From Candidatus Harpocratesius repetitus (GTDB taxonomy: Archaea; Asgardarchaeota; Lokiarchaeia; Sigyniarchaeales; Promethearchaeaceae), in contig JAIZWK010000001.1 in the NCBI GenBank assembly GCA_021498095.1, positions 4,256,768 through 4,288,767 of the forward strand: 32,000 bases of DNA, read 5' to 3'. The notes beneath the pieces were generated by a model. It was not told the DNA's origin. It searched no databases and saw only the letters and a program-made list of their open reading frames with translations. Below, one piece after another: positions 16,251 to 25,313 of the stretch. Position numbers and translations under genes: made by a program. Position 1 is the stretch's first letter. The number at the start of each line of letters is the position of its first letter.

Positions 16251-17609
16251 ATGAAATATCACTTTCTTAAAATGAAAGAGCAGCTTTTTCAAAAGTATTG
16301 TTTAAAATATCAAAAATCTTTAAGTGATCCTCTATCAAAACAATCATTTTTAGAAGAAAAATTGCGAGTTTTGATTCTTTTTTCATCATCTACAGATAAA
16401 TTAGAATGGATTAAATCTGTTTCAAAAAGAATAACATTTCCTTCATTAAACATAGAGAAAAAATATATTTCAAAAATGGTGTTATGGGTTGTTGCTTGGG
16501 CAAATTTTAATGATCTCATTGAATTGAGCAAAAATTCATCAATTCAAGATATTTTTATCGATCTCCATTTGTTTTTATGTAGAGAAAAAGTTCAATTGAA
16601 TTCAGATAAACCTAATTCAAATACCATAATCAAACCATTAAAAAAACTAAAATTGGATTTTCTGCGAAAAATACGAATCGATATTGCACTTTTCGATACT
16701 GGAATTGATTCAAAACGACTAAAATCCATAGGAAAAGTGTTACATGAATGCAACATTACAGATGAAAATATTGAAGATTTAAATGGACATGGAACATTTA
16801 TTGCCCAAATTTTAGAATATAACCAAAATTTCCAATCAAAAGGTGATTTCTTTCAAAGTATCCAAGAAATCGCAAATCCACAGATTTATTTACATGATTA
16901 TAAGATTTTTAATCGAGATGGGAGTGCATATCTCTCTGATCTTTTATTTGCACTCCATCAACTTATCCAAAATATCGAAAATCAGCCAGAAGGAGAAAAG
17001 ATTCAAATTCTACTCATTCCGGCCACTACATCACCTGCTGAAGGATATGAACCACTATTTACTCCAATTCTTAAGGAAATTAAGCGGTTAAACATACAAA
17101 TAATTTGTGCTGCAGGAAATTTTGGACCAGAACCAGGTTCTCTGGGGTATCCGGCAAAATCATCCGACGTATTAACTGTTGGAAGCCTTAATTTATCGGG
17201 AAAAAATGATCCTGCATTCTTTTCAAGCCAGTTGATCATTTCAAATGAAGAAAAGGAAGAAATTTACCCCATTATTTACGATTTAGGAAAAATCGAAACA
17301 TCAGCTCCACTATCCTTTTCTGGAACATCTGTTGCTGCAGCTCAATTCTGTGCAAAATTTTTAATAATAAAAGCACTATATCCCATGATTGATACAGATT
17401 CTTTAATAGACCTAATAAAGAAAACATCCAATAGCAAAATTACATTAATAAAAAAAACAAAAATCTATACTTTAAATCTAAATACAATATTAAAAAAATT
17501 AGGCTGGTGGAAAGACTCAGTCCAAAATATAAGAATCATGGTTCTTCAAGCAATAGGCATTTCTTGCTTATTGCTTTTTATGTTTCTTTTTTCATTTTTT
17601 CTTTTTTAA
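16251..17609 (+). CDS. S8 (subtilisin-like) serine peptidase with a C-terminal membrane anchor and no evident signal peptide
   Basis: ALFDTGID (Asp), DLNGHGT (His), AAGNFG (oxyanion Asn), SGTSVAAA (Ser). Final ~25 aa are hydrophobic. AGGTGA RBS. Confidence 0.82.
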   Translation: MKYHFLKMKEQLFQKYCLKYQKSLSDPLSKQSFLEEKLRVLILFSSSTDKLEWIKSVSKRITFPSLNIEKKYISKMVLWVVAWANFNDLIELSKNSSIQDIFIDLHLFLCREKVQLNSDKPNSNTIIKPLKKLKLDFLRKIRIDIALFDTGIDSKRLKSIGKVLHECNITDENIEDLNGHGTFIAQILEYNQNFQSKGDFFQSIQEIANPQIYLHDYKIFNRDGSAYLSDLLFALHQLIQNIENQPEGEKIQILLIPATTSPAEGYEPLFTPILKEIKRLNIQIICAAGNFGPEPGSLGYPAKSSDVLTVGSLNLSGKNDPAFFSSQLIISNEEKEEIYPIIYDLGKIETSAPLSFSGTSVAAAQFCAKFLIIKALYPMIDTDSLIDLIKKTSNSKITLIKKTKIYTLNLNTILKKLGWWKDSVQNIRIMVLQAIGISCLLLFMFLFSFFLF

Positions 17610-17629
17610 TTTATGGAGGTTAAAAAAAA

Positions 17630-18172
17630 ATGTTCATTTTAACACACATTTTTGTGCCACTACTACTAATTGAAATATTTGTCCAAAAAAATAAGAAATT
17701 TGAAGAGAATTTTAAAAGATGGGCCATAATAATTGGTAGCATTCTTCCTGATATAATAGATAAACCCCTATCACTAACATTTTCTACACTTTTCAGTGGA
17801 AGAGGGATTGCACATGCACCTTTATTATGGTTACTAATTATTGGAATACTTGTTATAATTCCGAAAACGAGAATTTTTGGTGGATCGCTTGGATATGGTG
17901 TTTTTCTCCATCTTCTCTTAGATATTCCTCATATTCCGTGGTTGTGGCCCTTTGTTCCCTATGAGATTTATCATTCTAGCTTCCAAGAATGGTTAAATTC
18001 TTTATTAAATAATCCAGTAATCATTTTTTCAGAAGTTATAAGTTTTATAGGGTTAATTGTTCTATTTAAATTAAAGAAAATCATTTTTGATGGAAAAATA
18101 ATAAACACTATATCATTAAAGCGGTTTCTCTTCAATCATCATAATGATTACAAAGCGAGGCTAAACACATGA
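17630..18172 (+). CDS. membrane-bound metal-dependent hydrolase (YdjM/DUF457-like)
   Basis: TH near the N-terminus, GSILPDIIDKP, GRGIAHAP, FLHLLLD; TM segments; GGAGG RBS. Confidence 0.85.
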   Translation: MFILTHIFVPLLLIEIFVQKNKKFEENFKRWAIIIGSILPDIIDKPLSLTFSTLFSGRGIAHAPLLWLLIIGILVIIPKTRIFGGSLGYGVFLHLLLDIPHIPWLWPFVPYEIYHSSFQEWLNSLLNNPVIIFSEVISFIGLIVLFKLKKIIFDGKIINTISLKRFLFNHHNDYKARLNT

Positions 18173-19806
18173 ATAGTACTGAAGACTATAGCAATATAGA
18201 ATTAAGCACAAAAAATGAAAACATCTCAGTATTACCTTCCCGCTCTTTTCAAATGGATAAAGAAAAAATATTTCAAGAATTAGATCATTTACTCGAAACA
18301 GACTTAATTAAAAGAGAGTACTCCATACTAGATAAAATCCCAATTATCCAATTCGATAAGAAAAAAACCCCAATAATTGCAGAATTTATGAGAACTATCG
18401 GATATACTTTAGAAGGTATAGTTGGTTCAGATGAAGATGACTCAATTATTCTCTATTATATCTTTTCTCAATCAGAATTTATTAAAAATTCCGAAATCAT
18501 TCTGCAAACATCCATAAATAAGAAAATGGAACAAACATCAATAAAAAAAATCTTTCCGACATCAGAAATCTATGAAAAGAATGTATTTAATCGATTAGGA
18601 CTTCGGTTTATTCATCGAGATAATATTTCAGATAAAATCAAAACTATAATCCATGTACCTTATCAAATCTTGGAAAAGAATGATAATAAAGCCCCATATA
18701 GCCAAGGAATATTTAGTGATATTCATCAAGCACATTATTACATTCATCTATCAACAAATCCAATGACAGGAATGATTAGAAGTGTAAAATTATTAACTGG
18801 ATGGAATTATAAGCAAATCCAACCTAAACTTGAAAATGAGAAATCGATAGATCAAATTACAGTTCTTTTAGAAGAACTTTCCCCAAATAATGCAATTCAT
18901 TTAAGCTTAGCGTTCATGATGAATTTAGAAAAATTAAAAAATATTACTCTTGTTAAAAAAGTTCAACATATTCGGACATTATTAGCTGAGATAGAAAGAG
19001 TACACTCCCATTTAATTTGGTTTGCAAATTTAGCATATCTTTTAGATCTACAACTATTTTCTCATCGATTTATAAAAACGATTAAAAAAATGGAGCAATT
19101 GAACAATCAATTTTTTGGTCATCCTTTATTACATAATTCAATTTCCTTTGGTTCAGTCTCTGATTTATCAGCTCAAGCAGCTAGAGACTTTCTTAACAAA
19201 TTTAATAAAATATCGAAGAAAATAAAAGATCTTTTGAATAAATTTATAAAATTGCATACATTGCATGTAAATTTAAGAGAAATTGGTATAATTTCATCAA
19301 AAGAAGCAATTTTATGGGGATTAACAGGACCTTCTCTACGAGCAAGCAATCATCTAGTTGATACACGAAATTCTAATCCTTATTTATCTTATTTATCAGG
19401 AAATATTTCTCAAAAATGGGCAGTAGTCGGATCGACTAAAGGGGATTGTTTTGCAAGATGTTTAGTTCGCAGTAAGGAAGTGATTGAGTCAATCAATATT
19501 ATTTTAGAGTATTTAAAGGGTTTATCAAACTATGTTCTTCCAGCGCCACCATCAAAACAAATAACGAAAAATTTTACCCCAAATCAAACAGCTTTATCAT
19601 CTGTAGAAGCACCTCATGGAAAACTTTCAATATTTTTCCAAACAGATCGAAAATCAGAATCAGAATTAATTTATACGATTAGAATTATAACTCCTGATTT
19701 TCGAAATTTCAGTGCTTTAAATCATATCCTTCTGGAAGAAGATCCAGAGTATGTAAAGATTATTTTACACAGTTTAGATTTGGATTTTTCTTTAATTGAT
19801 CTTTAA
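18169..19806 (+). CDS. NuoC/D-fused (HycE/HyfG-like) group-4 hydrogenase / complex I subunit homologue lacking active-site motifs
   Basis: NuoC-like: IILYYIF, SIKKIFPTSEIYEK...GLRF. NuoD-like: IRTLLAEIERVHSHLIW, GLTGPSLRAS, GDCFAR, VEAPHG, RIITPDFRN. No CxxC at L1 or L2. ATGA overlap with the upstream gene. Confidence 0.82.
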   Translation: MNSTEDYSNIELSTKNENISVLPSRSFQMDKEKIFQELDHLLETDLIKREYSILDKIPIIQFDKKKTPIIAEFMRTIGYTLEGIVGSDEDDSIILYYIFSQSEFIKNSEIILQTSINKKMEQTSIKKIFPTSEIYEKNVFNRLGLRFIHRDNISDKIKTIIHVPYQILEKNDNKAPYSQGIFSDIHQAHYYIHLSTNPMTGMIRSVKLLTGWNYKQIQPKLENEKSIDQITVLLEELSPNNAIHLSLAFMMNLEKLKNITLVKKVQHIRTLLAEIERVHSHLIWFANLAYLLDLQLFSHRFIKTIKKMEQLNNQFFGHPLLHNSISFGSVSDLSAQAARDFLNKFNKISKKIKDLLNKFIKLHTLHVNLREIGIISSKEAILWGLTGPSLRASNHLVDTRNSNPYLSYLSGNISQKWAVVGSTKGDCFARCLVRSKEVIESINIILEYLKGLSNYVLPAPPSKQITKNFTPNQTALSSVEAPHGKLSIFFQTDRKSESELIYTIRIITPDFRNFSALNHILLEEDPEYVKIILHSLDLDFSLIDL

Positions 19807-19833
19807 AAATAACTAAAGAAAAGGTATAATTAC

Positions 19834-21720
19834 ATGAGATTGTATAATCCGCCTGCAGCGTTACTTCCAAAAGGAGATAAATTTTCAGTAGAATTGGCAG
19901 GGGCTAAAACAATCTTGGCATTAACAGAAGAAAAAGATTTTATTAATATCGCTTCAGTTTTTGATGAATTATCATTAGGTGAATTTTGGAAAGATAATCC
20001 TGCTATTGCTGATCAAATTGAAAAAATTAACATAAAATATGAAGATTCTGATGCACTTTATGATCCAAAGATACTTGCAGAGAGAATTATATCAACAATT
20101 GATAGGATCCGTACGAGAGGTTTAATTTTATTTGGAACTGCGAGTTTTGAAGGGAATGCATTTGAATCTTCTGTTTTTGATGAATTAGAACTCAGTTTTG
20201 AAGATCAAGATCGATTATTAAATCTCTATAAAAAAAGTCGTATTAAAGGTGCTTTTCCAAATGTAAAAAAAGGAATTTCTGGCCTAAATGAATATGTGGA
20301 AATAAATTGGTTTGGGGATGCTTCAAAATTCTTTACTTTAACAGATAAAAAGGACTTAAATGAAATTGCAGCAATGACATATCCATATGAAGGAACTGTT
20401 ACTGGAATAGTTGCTGTTGCTCAAGGTGCTGCAAATTTTATTATTTTAACAGACACAATTTTTAAAAAAACAGATTCTGCTCAAATTCATATAGATAAAC
20501 GTAATTTAAATCAGATGTTTAAACTACTAAATAAAGGAATCTTATCTGCACCTATTTCATGGTTTAAAATTGATTTAGGATATAAAGGTTTGCAATCTTT
20601 AGAAGGTTGGGATGAAATTAAAGATCTCCCTGAAGTTAAAAAAGCTATTGCAAGTTATCGCGATTATCATCGAAGCTTAATTATTCAAAAGGAAAAAAAG
20701 ACAATTGAAAAGATATTAGATGAAGATTTGGGCAATCCAATCGATTTTTCGAAATTAACAGAAGAAGAAATTGAAGATGATTTAGAACAAATAATGGCAA
20801 CCTTAAATCGACTAAATGAATTACAAATGAGCAGTGTAGAAGAAAGCTTCTTGTATGATCCTCCTAAAATTCTTTTTAGCCAAGCAAGTTCTAATTTGGC
20901 ACCAATTGGAGGTGCAATGAGTTTATTATCAATTGATGTCGGTCAAAATATTAGTTGCGTCGCTTCATTGCGAGAAAATGTTTCATGGGGAGAATTTCTT
21001 TGTGATGATGAATCTCAAGAATTAGATGAAGAAACATTTTTTGATATCCGAGAAGATCAAGATTTTTTTGAATTAGAAAACCCAATTCAACTGAGAGATA
21101 TATATACTAAAACTTTTCAAAATATCATGCGAGGAAGTGAGTTATTTTTAGGTTTATTAGAATTAGAAGCAAACAGTTTTGAATTTAGTTTATTTCAAGA
21201 ACTTCCACTTGAAGAGACTATTTTAAAAAAATTACAAGAATCATATCATTTGAAAATACGACAGGGAAAATACCCCCAACTTAAAGATCGACATATAAAA
21301 ATAATCTGGAAAGGTAAAGGTAAACAAGTATTCACATTTCCGAATTGTTTTCCAAGTATTTTAGATATTGCACAAACAATTTTTTATGATAAAAAATATC
21401 ATGATAAATATTTTACAGGAATCGTTTGTGTGGATGAAAACTCCACTTATTTCTATACGCTGACAAATAACATAAAAGAAGAAAACAAAAAAGTAGATCA
21501 AACAACTCTAAAACAGCTTTTTGAGGATTTAAATAAATCAGAGATTGCTTTGTTATGTTGGTTTAAAATTAATCTTGGACTTTCATCTTTGAAAAATCAT
21601 CCTTATTGGAAAGGAGCAATGAACTATGATAGTCTTCAATATGTCTTAGAAAATTATAAAAAATACATGAAGACTTTAATTGAACAAAAAAAAAAGGAAG
21701 ACCAATACCGAATCTATTAA
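19834..21720 (+). CDS. hypothetical protein, two tandem copies of an unrecognised ~280-aa domain
   Basis: 628 aa. Copies begin MRLYNPP (aa 1) and FLYDPP (nt ~20848) and share G-x-FE-x-N-x-FE, EIxWxG, GIV, WFKIxLG and Y-x-x-Y...K-x-KE motifs. Confidence 0.85.
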   Translation: MRLYNPPAALLPKGDKFSVELAGAKTILALTEEKDFINIASVFDELSLGEFWKDNPAIADQIEKINIKYEDSDALYDPKILAERIISTIDRIRTRGLILFGTASFEGNAFESSVFDELELSFEDQDRLLNLYKKSRIKGAFPNVKKGISGLNEYVEINWFGDASKFFTLTDKKDLNEIAAMTYPYEGTVTGIVAVAQGAANFIILTDTIFKKTDSAQIHIDKRNLNQMFKLLNKGILSAPISWFKIDLGYKGLQSLEGWDEIKDLPEVKKAIASYRDYHRSLIIQKEKKTIEKILDEDLGNPIDFSKLTEEEIEDDLEQIMATLNRLNELQMSSVEESFLYDPPKILFSQASSNLAPIGGAMSLLSIDVGQNISCVASLRENVSWGEFLCDDESQELDEETFFDIREDQDFFELENPIQLRDIYTKTFQNIMRGSELFLGLLELEANSFEFSLFQELPLEETILKKLQESYHLKIRQGKYPQLKDRHIKIIWKGKGKQVFTFPNCFPSILDIAQTIFYDKKYHDKYFTGIVCVDENSTYFYTLTNNIKEENKKVDQTTLKQLFEDLNKSEIALLCWFKINLGLSSLKNHPYWKGAMNYDSLQYVLENYKKYMKTLIEQKKKEDQYRIY

Positions 21721-21760
21721 GGAAAAAACACCATATATACTACAAAGAAGGAGATTAGTA

Positions 21761-24133
21761 ATGAAATTATTTTATCCCCCTCCCCAATTATTTGATATTG
21801 ATCGGAAACAAATTTCCCTTTATCGATTGAATTCATTGATGATTGCAGTAGATCAGAATAAGAATTTAATTAATGTTAGGGATATTATTCACCCCTCAAT
21901 CTGGATTTCATTTTGGGATCAATATAATAAAGGAATTCCTAAAGATCAAATCCATATTATAAAAGAAGAGGATTCACAAGTCAATTCAGTATTGAGGTTA
22001 GGAGATCAAATAATTCAGGGCTTAAATTATATTATGACCAAAGGTTATATTTTTTTAGGTATTTTAACTTTTACTGAACAAGTTCAAGATCCACAAATTT
22101 TAGAAGACTGGGGATTTTTCAAACGTAGAAAAAAATACTTTAACGATTTAATTACAAAATATTACGAACAGCCGATTACACCTCAAATTGAAGAAAGATC
22201 GTATGTTTTTGCTAAATTCTTAGGAGTAGGTGAAAAATTCTTTACTTTTTCACAATTAAATCAAGTTCAAATTGCTCAAATGTCTTCTTATTTCCATGGA
22301 AATCTACATGGAGTAGTAGGTCTTAAAGAAAACACACTTCATTTTATGTTACTGTCTCAGAACATAAGCAAACATGAAGAAAGTTCAGATTTAATTATGG
22401 ATAAAAGAGGGAGAGATATTTTAATTAATTTAATTAAATCAAAAGAATTTATACCGGCAGCGGCTTTTCAATTTGATTATGGTATTTCTTCTTTATATAA
22501 AATAAAATTTGAAGGAATTAATTTATGGAATGCAATGGAATTATTACCTCAATACTCCAAACCAATGAAATTATATCAACAATATCTTCAAGCATTAATT
22601 TTTGATAAACCACTACCAATTAAACGAGTAGAACTCCCTCCTCCCTTTTTAATTGAAGTTCCTACTTTTACTAAAGAAGAAAGAATGCTCAGTCCAGAGG
22701 AATTATTAGAAGAAGAAGAAAAAGGGAAAACACAATCAAAACCTGATATTTCATCTGAAACTCCACAAAGAGATATAAAAGATAAAGAACAAAAAACAAA
22801 TTTAGATAATATTGAAAAAATTTCACCTATTACTCATTCTGAACAATTGAAAACGCCAGAATTACCACAAAAACCACAAGTTTCTACATTAAAACTTAAC
22901 AAAATTTCTCTTGATAAACCTCAACTTAAACCAATTAAACCTTTAAATCCCCAAAGTTCATCAGTTTTAGAAGAAGAATATGAAGATATTTTTAATAGAA
23001 CAAAAGAAAAAATTCAATTATTTGATGAAAATGGAAAAGCTATTATTAATCCAAATGAAATAGATTCTGTAATGTCTACGTTTTCTGAAGAAATCATGCG
23101 TGAATCTGGAAAGATGATAAATCCTTCAATTATGACGAAAGATGAAATATTTAAAGATCTTGAAGCATCTTTAAAAGCTTTATCTCAATTAGATGAACTT
23201 GCACAAGATGATCAAGCAGTTAGTCGTATTTATTATCCTCCACTCTCATTGATTTCAAATGCTTCTAAAGAAGGAATGGCAATTGGGGGATCAACTGTTA
23301 TTGTGAGTATCGGAACAGGAAAGAACCTTTGGATGGTACCCGAAATAAAAGGAACCCAAATGTGGGGAACTTTCTACAAAGATTCAGAATTAAGCGATCA
23401 ATTTGAAGATTTCATCGCTTTACAAGAAAAGGAAATTGAATCTATTGAAGATTTTGAGTTATTTCTTCAAAATGCATTTGTACGTATTCGTTCTAATAAT
23501 CAAGTCTTTCTTGGAATCTGCGATTTTGAAGCTAACGGATTTGAAAGAAATGTTTTTGATCCTGAATTAATGTTGGATTCAAGCGATCTCCAAAAATTAA
23601 TGGAAATACATCAAAAAAAAAGGGAGAATATGCAATTTCCTGAACTTGAAAAAGAACAATGGATTGAAATTAGATATTATGGTAATTCAGAGATTATAAA
23701 ATTCTTTACTGATCCAAATATAACAAGTATTTTAGAAATTGCCAAAAGTTCTACGGAAAATATTGTCTTTAGGAAAGGAAAAATAGCAGGTATTGTTTGT
23801 TTAGATGAAGAAGCCGCATATTTTTTCATTTTAAGTGATAATTTAAAATTCTTAAATGGTGAAAAAGAAAAATTCATTATAGACACAAAAACATTAGAAA
23901 AAATGTATCAAATGATTGAAGAAATGGATTTAACACCTGCTTCTTTCTGGCGAATTTCGTTTGGATTTAATAGTTTTAAACAATTAGAACGATGGGATGA
24001 GATTAAAAAAGGAATCATTTTCCCTATAATAAAAGAAAATTATGAGAAATATCTTGCTAAATTATTAGAAATTAAAGAAAAAGAAGATCAGATTCGAAAT
24101 TCTGCAGAACAACGATTTCAAATAAAAAAATAA
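21761..24133 (+). CDS. hypothetical protein paralogous to 19834..21720; two domain copies separated by a ~200-aa low-complexity linker
   Basis: Start moved to ATG 21761 (MKLFYPPP) behind AAGGAG; the track start 21680 overlaps the upstream gene. Second copy begins RIYYPP (nt ~23225). Confidence 0.85.
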   Translation: MKLFYPPPQLFDIDRKQISLYRLNSLMIAVDQNKNLINVRDIIHPSIWISFWDQYNKGIPKDQIHIIKEEDSQVNSVLRLGDQIIQGLNYIMTKGYIFLGILTFTEQVQDPQILEDWGFFKRRKKYFNDLITKYYEQPITPQIEERSYVFAKFLGVGEKFFTFSQLNQVQIAQMSSYFHGNLHGVVGLKENTLHFMLLSQNISKHEESSDLIMDKRGRDILINLIKSKEFIPAAAFQFDYGISSLYKIKFEGINLWNAMELLPQYSKPMKLYQQYLQALIFDKPLPIKRVELPPPFLIEVPTFTKEERMLSPEELLEEEEKGKTQSKPDISSETPQRDIKDKEQKTNLDNIEKISPITHSEQLKTPELPQKPQVSTLKLNKISLDKPQLKPIKPLNPQSSSVLEEEYEDIFNRTKEKIQLFDENGKAIINPNEIDSVMSTFSEEIMRESGKMINPSIMTKDEIFKDLEASLKALSQLDELAQDDQAVSRIYYPPLSLISNASKEGMAIGGSTVIVSIGTGKNLWMVPEIKGTQMWGTFYKDSELSDQFEDFIALQEKEIESIEDFELFLQNAFVRIRSNNQVFLGICDFEANGFERNVFDPELMLDSSDLQKLMEIHQKKRENMQFPELEKEQWIEIRYYGNSEIIKFFTDPNITSILEIAKSSTENIVFRKGKIAGIVCLDEEAAYFFILSDNLKFLNGEKEKFIIDTKTLEKMYQMIEEMDLTPASFWRISFGFNSFKQLERWDEIKKGIIFPIIKENYEKYLAKLLEIKEKEDQIRNSAEQRFQIKK

Positions 24134-24138
24134 AAAAA

Positions 24139-24669
24139 TTAGATATCTGGGATTAAACTCAGCAAGGTAGCAATTATTTCACCTTGTTCGGTGAGTTCAT
24201 TAGTGTCTGTTATCAATTCATTCCTTTTTAATGCAGTAATCACCTGTATAATAAGAGGGATTTTAGTAACTTTTTCTAATTTGCTGTTATCACGTATACC
24301 AGATTCGATTGCGATCAAAGTTTATCGTTGCTCTCTATTTAAAGATGAATTTTCAACAACAGGATCAACTAATGCTTGAGTATTTCCCCAATCTGGTTCA
24401 ACCGTAAACTCATTGTAAAGAGGATATTGAACTTGGCCATTAGATATTTTATCTGTTTCATATATTGTAAGATTTGGATCTGGTTTTTCCATCCATTGAT
24501 ACCATTCAGCCAGTGCACTATCTGGAATTGTGTTTCCTATTCCACCACCATTAGTTCCAATAATATTTAACATTTCATCATCAAAATTTCCAGTTAATCC
24601 CCAATTTAATAGATCTGGAGTATTAAAGCTAATAAAATTCCAAGGAGATACAGGGTTGCTCGCATTGAT
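24139..24669 (-). pseudogene. interrupted or truncated ORF ending in a winged-helix-like domain
   Basis: One frame is open 24669->24139 except for a single TAA at 24322-24324. After the stop it continues TLIAIESGIRDNSKLEKVTKIPLIIQVITALKRNELITDTNELTEQGEIIATLLSLIPDI*. No start codon before ATG 24573 in the open stretch. Confidence 0.6.
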
Positions 24670-24748
24670 TCAAGATTTTTACATGGAAAAAAGTTCATCG
24701 GATATCGAATTATTGGTAAAGAAGCATTCATTTTATTCAATCCTTTTG

Positions 24749-25231
24749 CTACTTCCCAGTTGAACCAAAACCTCCCAAACCGCGCTCTGAAATCGGTAAG
24801 GTTTCAACTTCTTCAAATTCATAATCAACCAATTTTCTAATAATAAGTTGGCAAATTTTATCCCCTTTATGAAGAGTAACAGGTGAATTTGAGAGATTAA
24901 CCACAATAGCTCCCCACTCATTTCTATATCCTGCATCAATAGTTCCAGGAGAATTAACAATTGACAACCCTTGCCATAAAGCTAAACCACTTCTCGGAAC
25001 TACAGCGGCATAATAACCTTCCGGGATTGCAGTTGCAAATCCTAATGGACACAAAATTCTTTCAAGGGGTTGTAGGGTATATTCATCATCATCAATTTCG
25101 ATTAACTCTTTATTTTGAGAATTTTTGATTTTTTTAAATCCATGAATATAACAATCAGCACCGGCATCTCCGATTTTTGCGATTTTAGGTAATTTAGCAT
25201 CTGACTGCCATTTTTTTATAGGTATTTTCAT
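24749..25231 (-). CDS. dut: trimeric dUTP diphosphatase
   Basis: Five dUTPase motifs: AGADC, PRSGLA, GTIDAGYRNE, KICQLI, RGLGGFGSTG. Confidence 0.95.
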   Translation of the reverse strand: MKIPIKKWQSDAKLPKIAKIGDAGADCYIHGFKKIKNSQNKELIEIDDDEYTLQPLERILCPLGFATAIPEGYYAAVVPRSGLALWQGLSIVNSPGTIDAGYRNEWGAIVVNLSNSPVTLHKGDKICQLIIRKLVDYEFEEVETLPISERGLGGFGSTGK

Positions 25232-25313
25232 GATTATATTAAAACCATAGCAACATTTTTTTTAAAGATAGTTGATAATACAAAAATATAGAGGAATTAG
25301 AAGGGAAATAATT

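Noticed and set aside
18169-19806. Functional [NiFe]-hydrogenase large subunit
   Set aside because: Both CxxC nickel-binding motifs are absent, and no small subunit or maturation genes are nearby.
21680-21760. 41-bp overlap between the two repeat-domain genes
   Set aside because: ATG 21761 has an AAGGAG RBS and aligns with the domain start (xxYxPP), so the extension is spurious.
24670-24672. TGA at the 5' edge of the interrupted frame as a Sec codon
   Set aside because: An in-frame TAA lies three codons upstream and there is no redox-motif context.
24606-24731. 41-aa ORF (MNASLP...LLGILLALILQIY) right after dut as a signal peptide or small membrane protein
   Set aside because: It overlaps the longer protein-like frame, and hydrophobicity is expected from T-rich sequence. 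It could be the frameshifted start of the pseudogene, but I cannot support that.
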